DNA of 64,000 bases from a virus (lineage: Duplodnaviria > Caudoviricetes): the IMG/VR virus record IMGVR_UViG_3300029305_002366, positions 32,001 through 96,000 of that record. One strand, written 5' to 3'. Position numbers and translations under genes: made by a program. Below, piece by piece: positions 30,466 through 39,970 of the stretch; within the stretch, counting starts at the first letter, position 1; each line of letters starts with the position of its first letter. The notes below the pieces were generated by a model, which was given only the letters and a program-made list of their open reading frames with translations, did not search any database and was not told the DNA's origin.

Positions 30466-31185
30466 TTAATTTGTTTGACTGTTATCATAACTAAACTCTC
30501 CAAAGTATTTATTTTCTGCTTCTTTTCGAGCCTTGACCGCATCATCAAAATTAGTGAAATGTCCAAGAAAAATTGTTTTAGAATTTACACCTATCTGTAC
30601 CTCCCACTTTTTTCTACCTTTATTCCAGTATACCCCAGTAACTCCCGATGTATTATTGTCCTGTAACCCTCTATTCATGCTATTCTGACTTCTTGTAGCT
30701 ATCCTAAGATTTGATTTACGATTGTCCGATTTATCATGATTAATGTGGTCTACGTCCATACTATCAGGACAGTTCATAATAAATCTATGCAGTCCAACGT
30801 CTTTGCCATTTGTCCATCCTATTACATATCCATTGAGGTCTATGTGCCAACATATATCTTTAACCTTATCAAAGTCCTCTAAATCAATATAGAATGATTT
30901 ACCATTTAAATCATGCATGATAACACAATCTTCTTGAACTTCGTAGTCATTATATTTTTTATTTTGCCGAATAATCTTTTCTGAGTTAAAACATCCACAA
31001 GAATAAGTAGACCCGTTTTTTAAATTATTTTCCATTACTGTAACATATTTATCATCACAACAAGTACACTTACACAAATATTTAGCACGATGCTTACCTT
31101 TAGGACTTACATAATCCTCAACCTATTCAATAACAGTCAGCCTACCAAACTGCTTGCCAACTAAACTTTCTTTTACTTTGACCAT
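30466..31185 (-). pseudogene. HNH-AP2 endonuclease with premature TAG
   Basis: GGAGG RBS and ATG at 31185; MVKVKESLVGKQFGRLTVIE*VEDY with in-frame TAG at 31123-31125; paralogue of 25770-26687. Confidence 0.75.
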
Positions 31186-31230
31186 ATCATTACCTCCTAT
31201 TCCTTTAATGTTTATGAGATTTGCAGTAGT

Positions 31231-31377
31231 TCAACACCAATTTGTATAGTAATCGTACCATGACCCGCATCCCTGATAGGTGTCATAGCAGTCATAATCG
31301 TTCTGTTGGTCATCTGTGTAATCACTCTCTGTGTTAGAGTTTAATACAGTCTGTAAGTAGTCAATCCAGTCTTTCAA
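31231..31377 (-). CDS. Small acidic protein (not in ORF track)
   Basis: AAGGTGG RBS, TTG start, 48 aa MKDWIDYLQ...YTNWC. Confidence 0.5.
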   Translation of the reverse strand: MKDWIDYLQTVLNSNTESDYTDDQQNDYDCYDTYQGCGSWYDYYTNWC

Positions 31378-31449
31378 TAAGTTCACCACCTTTCTATTAT
31401 ACAATTTACTCTATGAGGGTTAAAATATAAATCGTTTACCTCTATATAT

Positions 31450-31478
31450 ATTATACTATAAAATTCGCTCTTTGTCAA
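31450..31478 (-). promoter_or_regulatory. Sigma-A promoter with operator in spacer
   Basis: TTGACA-17-TATAAT; GAGCGAATTTTA in spacer. Confidence 0.75.
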
Positions 31479-31505
31479 GAGGGAAATGAAATTTTATATT
31501 TTTAA

Positions 31506-31883
31506 CTATTCTAAGTCATCAAAATCTATTCCCTTATAATAAACTCTATTGCAATTCAAATTATAATCACGTTGTTTTAACATATCCCCTTCTGAACGAA
31601 CAATTATTTTCTTACCCTTATCTATTTTCTTATTTTCATTAAATTCATCCCAATTAATATAAGGGAAATCCCCAATCATTAATCCTACATTCTTACAAGA
31701 TATATTACCATCTTTGTCATAAAGGTTAATATCTTCACAGTTATTATTCTCGTTATAAAGGGTTACGTATACAGTGAGATTCTTTATAGTACAATTATTG
31801 TTTTTCAAAAACCTCCATACTCCCTTACAAATATTAATAAATTCTCTGAATGTCTTAAACTCGTCATACACTTTTATTTTCAT
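31506..31883 (-). CDS. Hypothetical protein
   Basis: 125 aa ORF. Confidence 0.55.
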   Translation of the reverse strand: MKIKVYDEFKTFREFINICKGVWRFLKNNNCTIKNLTVYVTLYNENNNCEDINLYDKDGNISCKNVGLMIGDFPYINWDEFNENKKIDKGKKIIVRSEGDMLKQRDYNLNCNRVYYKGIDFDDLE

Positions 31884-32862
31884 AATAGTTCTCCTTTAGG
31901 TTAATATTTAATGCTTTATTTTCTTTTATACACTTGTCAGCGATTATTGGTGCTATGTCCTCATTACAATAATAACCTGAGTAAAATTGAGGATTAATTG
32001 TAATGAATTTTCTTATCTTGTCATCCTTGACGTTTTGGATAATAGTAATTACACTTCTGCTACTTCCATCTTTATCTATAAAACAAATCTTAAATAAAGT
32101 GTCAATTAATCTTTTCTCTTGTCTTTCTCCAAGTCCAAGTAGCGACAGCATATCCTTTGTTGTCATTAAATCTATTTCATTCACATCTAATTCCAATGGA
32201 TTCCTACAAAGCACATTGTATTTTACATTGATATACGGAATGAATCGCAGTAGCATTGCAAGATATTTTCGTGAGCGTGGTTCAGTCTTTTCATAAAGAT
32301 ATCTAACGCAATGTGAAAATATTTTTATAGCACAAGTATCTTCTCCAATATCTTTTTTTATACAACCCCTTTTAAAGTTTTCGGACACAGTTAGCTTACC
32401 ATCTTCTTGTTCAGCGACAATTTCAGTTTTAAGAAGTTCTTTCCAAAAACGAGCGAAATGAGTTTTATCTACACCAATAATCTTCTTCACATCTTCTTTG
32501 GTCATATAACGATAGGTTGAATAACAATCATCCCTAATAACTAAAACATTATCATTATATTTTAAATATGTCATTAGATACATTACTTGTACAAGCATAC
32601 TATCGGATAAAGTAGGGTAGTATATTTCGATTGGATTATATATCCCCCAAAAGAAGTTTCCACCCAATTCTGATGTAACCATTTTTAAATTCTGTTTCTT
32701 TTCGTAAAACTCTTTTCTTATTTTTTTATTTTGACGTTCTCGCTCTTTTTCTTCTTCTCGTCCTTTGACCTCGGCAGCATATATATCTTCTTCTGTGTAT
32801 GTGGTTTTTTCTGTTATCACTTCTCCTGTTTCTTCGTTAATGTTTGTTGGTATTATCTCCAT
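31864..32862 (-). CDS. Putative plasmid-type replication initiator
   Basis: Winged-helix-like; FIPYINVKYNVLCRNPLE recalls Firmicute plasmid Rep-like proteins (from memory); next to direct repeats and AT-rich tract. Confidence 0.45.
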   Translation of the reverse strand: MEIIPTNINEETGEVITEKTTYTEEDIYAAEVKGREEEKERERQNKKIRKEFYEKKQNLKMVTSELGGNFFWGIYNPIEIYYPTLSDSMLVQVMYLMTYLKYNDNVLVIRDDCYSTYRYMTKEDVKKIIGVDKTHFARFWKELLKTEIVAEQEDGKLTVSENFKRGCIKKDIGEDTCAIKIFSHCVRYLYEKTEPRSRKYLAMLLRFIPYINVKYNVLCRNPLELDVNEIDLMTTKDMLSLLGLGERQEKRLIDTLFKICFIDKDGSSRSVITIIQNVKDDKIRKFITINPQFYSGYYCNEDIAPIIADKCIKENKALNINLKENYYENKSV

Positions 32863-32917
32863 TAAACCAATCCTTTCAATTGTATTTATTAGAAACACTA
32901 TGCGTTTCTGCAATTAA

Positions 32918-32946
32918 ATTATACTATACATTTTACTCCTTGTCAA
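32918..32946 (-). promoter_or_regulatory. Sigma-A promoter with operator
   Basis: TTGACA-17-TATAAT; GAGTAAAATGTA in spacer. Confidence 0.75.
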
Positions 32947-32960
32947 GAGGTTTTTAAAAA

Positions 32961-33012
32961 TTTCGGACATTTCAGGCGAGAAACACCCCCTTTTTCGGAC
33001 ATTTCAGGCGAG
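32961..33012. repeat. Two 20-bp direct repeats (iteron-like)
   Basis: TTTCGGACATTTCAGGCGAG at 32961 and 32993; nearly pure AT tract at ~33108-33170. Confidence 0.8.
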
Positions 33013-33300
33013 GGTGCAATTCCTAAAAAACCGCTATATATAGGCAAATAGTTCCGATTTTGGTCGTTTACGTTGCTCGTAATACACACACCCGATACGC
33101 TTGCCAATAATTAATATATAATATAATTAATATAAATATATATAATATAATTAATAATAAATAAAAAACAAAAAAGAGATGGAACAATAAGCCGCTTGCG
33201 GATTATTGTTCGTGAAGATAAGTGAACGAACGGAGAGAATCGGAGTTCGGGCAATTATCTTCACAATATCCTACAATTATCATCTCACGTTCTAACTTAT

Positions 33301-33329
33301 ATTATAACATACAATTTACTCTTTGTCAA
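33301..33329 (-). promoter_or_regulatory. Sigma-A promoter with operator, no ORF downstream
   Basis: TTGACA-17-TATAAT; GAGTAAATTGTA in spacer. Confidence 0.7.
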
Positions 33330-34817
33330 TAGACCGTTACAAAAATTGTTGCATAGCTACTATTAAGCATACCCCCAATTTTTTACATTGTCTGATTCTG
33401 CCGTGTATGAACATTCGCTTACGCTCGTTCATACACTCGCATAATCAGTTTTACCTTTAATCGTCTGCTTCGCATCCGTTTAAAGGTAAAAACTATCTGA
33501 CCTGTTTTTATTTATTGAATGGGAAATGTTTTATAGTATTATAATACGCTTTTAAATGCGCTGTAAGGCTTTGTATTATTTGGAATATAGTTACACTACT
33601 TATGTTGTTAGAATTGATTGTAGTTTATTGTAGAGCGAATAGGAGTATTATAAAGTGATTAATTATATAGATAATAAAATAATAGAATAGATACGTTCTT
33701 GATTGGATTAAATTAGCTTTTTAGGAATTAAGAGATGTTTATTTGAAATTTAATATTAGATATTATATTGAATGTATTAAGCCGATATCTGATAAGGGAT
33801 AGTTCTGAGGGAGAGAGGTGAGGGAGAAGTAATAAGAATATGTGTGAAGTTATATGATTTTGAATTGCATTTTGGAATGTATGTGAAGTGTATATAAGGT
33901 GCATATGAAGTGTATGTAATTTTTTTGAAGGCTGTGAATGGAATACCTTTACCGTGTAAAACAGTTGTTAAAAGATTTTACGATGTAAACCAATCCCCGA
34001 TATATCGCCAAGTTAGGGCTTGCTAACAGTAGATTCGCACATTTTCTACTGTTAGTACCGCCTAACACATTTCCCTTTTATATTATAATAGTATACGATA
34101 AATCCTTAACAATTGAAGAATCATTCATATATATTTTTTTAATGCTGTTATATGATATCCCTATACATATGTAAAGTAATTTTGGTTTACAGTGATTTTT
34201 GTCGGTCGTTTTGTTGCAATTGCAACACTTTTATTTTTTGATATCATTTTGATATCATACCGATATCAAAACATAACACATAACCAATGCACCAATAACA
34301 TATAACCAAAACCAATAACACAAATAAAATTAATAGTCTATACCTATAACACATTCACTTCAATAACAATCTGTATAAATACCATACAAATAAACAATAA
34401 GTAATAAACCGTTAAAATATACACAAAATACTGAATATTCATATTCACAAAACCCTGATTCTATCCGAAATATAGGCATAAACTCCGAATCTATTCTCAT
34501 GAATATTCACTACTTAATGAATACATTTGTGCAATGTATACAACTTTCAACAATTAAAGCAAAGTTTTCAACAGCCTTCAAATGACCGTATATCGCTACA
34601 AAACAGCAAAATCGTTTCTAATGCCCTTTGTAACATATGGGTAATATAATATCATTCCGATAATAAAAAGCCGTTAAAAAGCATTTTAAAGGCTATTTTG
34701 AGACAGCACAACAAGACTATTTTGTTTAATATCTTTACAAAACAGCCTGATATCATCTATTTAGTTTACTATGTTAACAATAATATTGATATTCAATAAA
34801 CTGATGCTGAAAAATGC

Positions 34818-35024
34818 CTATTCTATGGGCTGTTTTGATATATCTATCATATTTTCATAACAATACAAAACACATTTTTGAATTAATGCAGTTTTAGAAA
34901 TGCCTAAATTTTGGCTATATTCCGTTATTATTTGCATATTTTTAGGTTTAATTTTAATACTACAACTTGTATAATTATCCTTATTGTATTGATTTACATA
35001 TTTTGACTGATTAAATTTATCCAT
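34818..35024 (-). CDS. Small RHH/CopG-like regulator
   Basis: Beta-strand SIKIK then helices (GISKTALIQKC); similar to 51387-51602 product. Confidence 0.55.
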   Translation of the reverse strand: MDKFNQSKYVNQYNKDNYTSCSIKIKPKNMQIITEYSQNLGISKTALIQKCVLYCYENMIDISKQPIE

Positions 35025-35123
35025 ATAGTATAATTCACTTCCTTTTTTAGTGCATTATGCACAACACAAGATATTGAAAAACAATAATTATATGTGCAAA
35101 ACATAGAACGTCAAAAAAACATA

Positions 35124-35152
35124 TTGACATATTCGTGAATATGTGATATACT
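35124..35152 (+). promoter_or_regulatory. Sigma-A promoter with palindromic site
   Basis: TTGACA-17-TATACT; near-palindrome CATATTCGTGAATATG. Confidence 0.7.
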
Positions 35153-35568
35153 TAAACCATAGAAGGGGCGAATTGCATACATACGCAAAAAATCAGGGGT
35201 TGACTTCCTGATATCGCTTTAGTAATTTAGTCAATTACGTTCCGTGTACTATGCCCTAAATGGGTCAACAAATAGTATCCGTTGTGCAGACAACGTAAAA
35301 TAAACAGTGTTGTAACAGTGCTATAATTCTATCTATTTATCGAATAGTTGGCAATAGAATTATAGTCAATAGGTACTATGTTCTTACTGTGCAATAACAC
35401 TAACTTTGTGCAGTATTACCTTAAAACATAGGCGGTAAATTAAAGTATGCTATACCGTAAATTAGCAGTATATCAAGGTAATTTTGAAAGGTTTTTAACC
35501 AAGCATTTATTGCGGACTGAATTAGAAAAACCTGTTTTTAACAATATACATAGAAAGGAGGGCGCAAA

Positions 35569-35649
35569 ATGGGTTTTGTAACCTTTTGGATATGTTTCAA
35601 TATCTTTGGTGGTTTACTTCTTAATCACTACAACAACCACAAAGACTAA
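35569..35649 (+). CDS. Type I toxin-like hydrophobic peptide (Fst-like), 26 aa
   Basis: AGAAAGGAGG RBS; MGFVTFWICFNIFGGLLLNHYNNHKD; convergent antisense promoter. Confidence 0.6.
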   Translation: MGFVTFWICFNIFGGLLLNHYNNHKD

Positions 35650-35745
35650 AAGCTAATCCACAGGCAAGAGCGGATTTAACATCCGCTCTGTAAGTCCTGC
35701 GCCCTTCACACTTAATATTATAACATTTTTTGAATTATTTGTCAA
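35650..35745 (-). ncRNA. Putative antitoxin antisense RNA and its promoter
   Basis: TTGACA(35745)-17-TATAAT(35722); hairpin AGAGCGGAT..ATCCGCTCT. Confidence 0.55.
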
Positions 35746-35829
35746 GATTTATTCATGCTGAAACTGCCGTAAATCCGACAAAATCAGCACCAATTACATA
35801 GTCTTATGGACTTTAAACGGAGGTATATT

Positions 35830-36147
35830 ATGACAAATGCAACTAAGGTAATTTTATTCTGTGGCTTATTCGACAAGGATTCAAAGGCTCAGGAAGTGTC
35901 AACTCTTGACGCTTACAAGGTGGCTTCAAACCTGCTTACCGAAATTATCGGTTTCGGCACTATTACCGAAGCCTGCGGAGTGTATACTCACGAAAATGGT
36001 GAGATTGTACAAGAGCCTACACTCAGAATCGAAGTGTCAAGCATTGACATTGAGAGCATGAAAAGACTGGCTCTCGCCTTAAAGCAAGCCTTCAACCAAG
36101 AGTCAATCGGATTCGAGGTTATAAAAAGCGACTTCTCATTCATCTAA
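35830..36147 (+). CDS. DUF3574/SAM-lyase-like protein
   Basis: GTITEACGVY..E.T..LKQAFNQESI pattern; first sizeable early gene. Confidence 0.45.
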   Translation: MTNATKVILFCGLFDKDSKAQEVSTLDAYKVASNLLTEIIGFGTITEACGVYTHENGEIVQEPTLRIEVSSIDIESMKRLALALKQAFNQESIGFEVIKSDFSFI

Positions 36148-36394
36148 TAGCAAAGAGCGAATTGTATAATAAAAAATGCAGACAGCGGAGGAAATTCCGT
36201 CAACTGAATATCATACCAACATTACGGAAAGCAAGGGAGGGAATATCCCACAACTTGCGGAACGTCCACCGAATACAGATACGAATACAGATAGGCGGTG
36301 CGGATGCACCGTTAATGTAGCTTGTTACCAGTCAAAAGGTCTAAAGCCCTGACTACTGGAAATACTACTAAATACATAACAGGAGGTAATTATC

Positions 36395-36976
36395 ATGAGT
36401 ATTATCAAAACAGCTCACGGATATAAACTTTTCAGAAAAGACAGCAAGGGAAATCTTCATCCCTTGTATGTCAATGCAAGTGAAATCCTTCCCATGAATA
36501 CATGGATGTTCGCAAAGTGCGGAGAACGCACAAAGTCTGGCAAGGTTAAAAGCAAGCTTGGAGAACTTGCTTACCGTGGCGGTTGGCATTTAAACGATGA
36601 ATGTCCGTATGTTACCCATATATACGGAAAGCACTATTGCACTAACGGCACAGAACTGGAAAAGAATACAGGCAGAAGATTTAACAAAGTGCAGAAAAAA
36701 GACCATGTTTGGTGCTTAGTGGAATATGAAACAACTGTTGACTGTCAGCCTATGGCAAATGAAAAAGGCAGAAACAAACAGGGAAAAATCATTCCTAAAA
36801 ATGCACAGCTTGAAATGGTAGACCTTCACGGATATTACCGTTACAAGACCAATCCAAATATGTTTGGAACTTGGATAATTGCAGGTAATATGCGTATTGT
36901 CAAGGAACTTACATACAATGAAGTGGTCAGCAAATGTGCTGAATACGGATTAACACCAATGCCAATGGAGGGATAA
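36395..36976 (+). CDS. Hypothetical phage protein
   Basis: 193 aa, GGAGG RBS, LAYRGGWH motif. Confidence 0.65.
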   Translation: MSIIKTAHGYKLFRKDSKGNLHPLYVNASEILPMNTWMFAKCGERTKSGKVKSKLGELAYRGGWHLNDECPYVTHIYGKHYCTNGTELEKNTGRRFNKVQKKDHVWCLVEYETTVDCQPMANEKGRNKQGKIIPKNAQLEMVDLHGYYRYKTNPNMFGTWIIAGNMRIVKELTYNEVVSKCAEYGLTPMPMEG

Positions 36977-36977
36977 T

Positions 36978-37178
36978 ATGAAATTAAAAGAACTCAAAAA
37001 GGGCGATTTATTCGCCCTTAAACCGCATGGAGAAAAGCACGTTACAGACAGTCAAGTTTACATCAAAGGAGAATATGACCGCACCGAAAAGAAGTATGAC
37101 TGCGGAAGATGTGATGATATCAGCTATTCACGATACTTTGACGGAAATAAGACTGTATACACTGACTTTGTGTATTGA
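36978..37178 (+). CDS. Hypothetical protein
   Basis: 66 aa coupled ORF. Confidence 0.6.
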   Translation: MKLKELKKGDLFALKPHGEKHVTDSQVYIKGEYDRTEKKYDCGRCDDISYSRYFDGNKTVYTDFVY

Positions 37179-37180
37179 CA

Positions 37181-37219
37181 TTTTTCAAGCCTATCGGATT
37201 TTTCGATAGGCTTGAAAAA
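37181..37219. terminator. Bidirectional hairpin
   Basis: TTTTTCAAGCCTATCG...CGATAGGCTTGAAAAA. Confidence 0.6.
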
Positions 37220-37257
37220 GTGCCATTGCACTTAATACATATCACGGAGGTACTGTT

Positions 37258-38412
37258 ATGGAAATGACGATTTTTATGAACCGTTTGGAAGAACTGCAAA
37301 AGCAGTTTAACAGGTTCGCAAAAAAAGCTAATGCAATAGGTCTGGAAACATCATTGACTATAGGTGAACCATACGTTAAGGAACTCACCATATACGGATA
37401 TGATGAAATCGCACACGCTACAATTGACAAGGGAACTGCTCATGTTGATGTAGTAAATGTTAGTGTTGTGTTCCCTGACTATAAACTCGGAGAATATGAC
37501 GTTATCGGAGTTATTGACCATACATTTTCAACAAAGGAAAATGCAGTATATCCGTGTGGTGATTGGAGTATTCCCACAAAATACCGCAAAGGTCAAGGAA
37601 TCTGCGAACATTGCAGAACGAACCACAAGAGAAGCAAAACCGTTCTTCTCATGAACAAAAGCGGAGAATATAAACAGGTTGGAACATCCTGTCTTAAAGA
37701 GTACACGGGAATAACGGATATCGGTTTATTATCTTGTTTTCGTGCATTGGATGCACTGTTTGAAGAATGCAATATTGATACAGGTATGTATACAGGCAGA
37801 CCGTCAAGGAAAATTCCTATTGAGGATTATCTTGCCGCTTGTGTGCATTACGTTAAGTCCAATGGATATACAAAGTCATTGAAAAATGAAGCTATGGATG
37901 ATATATCACATAGAGACTTGACAAAATCGGATTTTGAAAAAGCACAGGAAATCCGTGAGTATTTTAAAAACGGAGAATTTACAGACGATTTTCTTCACAA
38001 TATCCATATGCACATGATGAAGGGATATACTGAGGAAGATGGTTTGCTTGCCTATGCTCCAATTGCATACGCAAAGGAAATGGAAAAGGCAAGAGCAAAA
38101 GCCGAAAAGGAAAAGGCTAATGCAATGATAGAATATTACGGAAATGTAGGTGAAAAGGTCAAGGGTATAGCAGTAACAGGAAAATGCCTGACTTCATATA
38201 CGAACTGTTACGGAAGTTTCTACAATGCAGTAACAACTTTTGTGTATCAGTTTACAAGTGGAAATCATGTGTTTATCTGGAAAACCGCAAAGGATATTCC
38301 GCTGAATGATGACGGAATTTTTAACGGAGTTATCAGCGGAACTATCAAGGAACATTCAGAATATAAAGGAACAAAACAAACTGTATTAACAAGAGTGAAA
38401 GTGATTGGATAA
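37258..38412 (+). CDS. Zn-binding/OB-fold-like phage protein
   Basis: CEHC...QVGTSCL; C-terminal GTIKEHSEYKGTKQTVLTR. Confidence 0.6.
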   Translation: MEMTIFMNRLEELQKQFNRFAKKANAIGLETSLTIGEPYVKELTIYGYDEIAHATIDKGTAHVDVVNVSVVFPDYKLGEYDVIGVIDHTFSTKENAVYPCGDWSIPTKYRKGQGICEHCRTNHKRSKTVLLMNKSGEYKQVGTSCLKEYTGITDIGLLSCFRALDALFEECNIDTGMYTGRPSRKIPIEDYLAACVHYVKSNGYTKSLKNEAMDDISHRDLTKSDFEKAQEIREYFKNGEFTDDFLHNIHMHMMKGYTEEDGLLAYAPIAYAKEMEKARAKAEKEKANAMIEYYGNVGEKVKGIAVTGKCLTSYTNCYGSFYNAVTTFVYQFTSGNHVFIWKTAKDIPLNDDGIFNGVISGTIKEHSEYKGTKQTVLTRVKVIG

Positions 38413-38615
38413 TTCCAGTCACTTTCACAAATATCAAGGAGGACTGATTATGTACATAAGTTATAGGGAATATCTGAAATCACGAGGATATAAAGATAGT
38501 ACATGGGCTTATAAGTGGTGGAGAATTGACATTTTCCATCAGTCGGAAAGGGATGCAATAAAATTCATGTTGAAAAATTATCAATATAGGGACTTAAAGT
38601 AAAGGAGGAATAATC

Positions 38616-39104
38616 ATGTTAAAAACTTTATTTATGTGTTTTTCACTTCTTGCAGGTACACCACAACCTGCGGAGAATTACAATTCATGGATATCCCCTG
38701 AGATATCAGATATTATAGTTGACTATGTTATCAAGGGAGAATATCACGAACACGTTGATTTTAACGGTGATGGAGAATTAACTATAGCCGATGCCGTGGG
38801 AGTACGTAAACGGTACGAAGATAACTGTACATACGGAAACGAAATCACGCTTGACAAGGAAACTATTGTCGATATAGCGTGGGAAAATTACACAACTGAA
38901 TATATGGAGCGTGAAGATTTTGTGGATAATCTTATGCTCTATTATGAGATAGACTTTGTAAATGGAGAGCCGTGCAGACAGTATGAACTGACTGTATCGG
39001 AAATTACAACAGCGCATATCTATTATGAGTTTACGGATGATACAACAGGTTCAATTGACATTGAGATTAATCCGTTTGAGGAAACTGTAAGAGTTACGGA
39101 TTAA
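38616..39104 (+). CDS. Secreted protein with dockerin/EF-hand-like loop
   Basis: Hydrophobic N-terminus; DFNGDGELTIADAV. Confidence 0.55.
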   Translation: MLKTLFMCFSLLAGTPQPAENYNSWISPEISDIIVDYVIKGEYHEHVDFNGDGELTIADAVGVRKRYEDNCTYGNEITLDKETIVDIAWENYTTEYMEREDFVDNLMLYYEIDFVNGEPCRQYELTVSEITTAHIYYEFTDDTTGSIDIEINPFEETVRVTD

Positions 39105-39131
39105 TTAAAACAAAAATATTTTAAAAAGCTA

Positions 39132-39190
39132 TTGACAGAGCAAATTGTATATGATATAATATAATCACAGCAAAGATATACAATTTGCTC
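39132..39190 (+). promoter_or_regulatory. Repeated promoter/operator cassette
   Basis: TTGACA-17-TATAAT; GAGCAAATTGTA in spacer and inverted TACAATTTGCTC downstream. Confidence 0.8.
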
Positions 39191-39213
39191 TATGATACAT
39201 AAGGAGGATTATT

Positions 39214-39438
39214 ATGAATAAAGCGGAATTTCTTGCAATGGTTAAAAACCATATGCGCAACTTCAAAAACGAATGGTTAAACGGAACTTTTGAAGTTGAC
39301 AGTCATACCATAGGTATTAAACTTTATGGAAAGTCTATTCAGAATATGACTATTGATGGATTCAGTACAGGCGGTATGTGGGATATTCCTACACAGAAAA
39401 GGGTACTGGAAATCATATCGGAAAAGATAGGAGGATAA
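39214..39438 (+). CDS. Hypothetical protein
   Basis: AAGGAGG RBS. Confidence 0.6.
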   Translation: MNKAEFLAMVKNHMRNFKNEWLNGTFEVDSHTIGIKLYGKSIQNMTIDGFSTGGMWDIPTQKRVLEIISEKIGG

Positions 39439-39442
39439 TATC

Positions 39443-39640
39443 ATGGAACAGAAAATACTTGAATATTATGCGGAATGTTTAAAGGCAGAGGAAGAAGCTG
39501 AAAAGGCATACGATGAGGACAGAAGAAGCGTTCGGAAAAGAGAGCAGTATCAGTGGTGTTCTGCACAGGTCATGACATTGGAAGAACTTATGGATAAACT
39601 TGATATTGACTATGATGATTTGGAGGATGATGAAGAATGA
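39443..39640 (+). CDS. Acidic hypothetical protein
   Basis: GGAGG RBS. Confidence 0.55.
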   Translation: MEQKILEYYAECLKAEEEAEKAYDEDRRSVRKREQYQWCSAQVMTLEELMDKLDIDYDDLEDDEE

Positions 39641-39858
39641 AAACAGCATATACTTTCGGAGTTATCGGAAAACTCCCTGACGGTTCATATGATTATGTTT
39701 CACAGGTAGGAACATACACAACGGATAAACCAAGGGATGAAGCTATTCTGGAAATAGCAAAACTGCTTCATCGTGCGCCCTGTGATGTATTTGTGGATGC
39801 AGAAAACGACTGCTTTTTTGACAAACCACAGGGACTTTACGGAGAATGGGAGGGATAA
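39637..39858 (+). CDS. Hypothetical protein
   Basis: Coupled ORF. Confidence 0.55.
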   Translation: MKTAYTFGVIGKLPDGSYDYVSQVGTYTTDKPRDEAILEIAKLLHRAPCDVFVDAENDCFFDKPQGLYGEWEG

Positions 39859-39888
39859 AGTTAAAACAAAAAAATATATAAAAACTAC

Positions 39889-39950
39889 TTGACAAAGAGT
39901 GAATTGTATGATATACTTAAACCATAGCAAAGAGATATACAATTCGCTCT
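39889..39950 (+). promoter_or_regulatory. Repeated promoter/operator cassette
   Basis: TTGACA-17-TATACT; GAGTGAATTGTA and TACAATTCGCTC. Confidence 0.8.
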
Positions 39951-39970
39951 TTGGAAACGGAGGAACATAT

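Noticed and set aside
31123-31125. Genome-wide TAG recoding (genetic code 15)
   Set aside because: Only one in-frame TAG noticed; long genes are intact in code 11, TAG ends plausible genes (24384, 31506, 34818), and no suppressor tRNA is visible.
39899-39970. N-terminal extensions in the ORF track (also 44080, 54862, 32913, 16603)
   Set aside because: They run through promoters or upstream genes; downstream ATGs have better RBSs.
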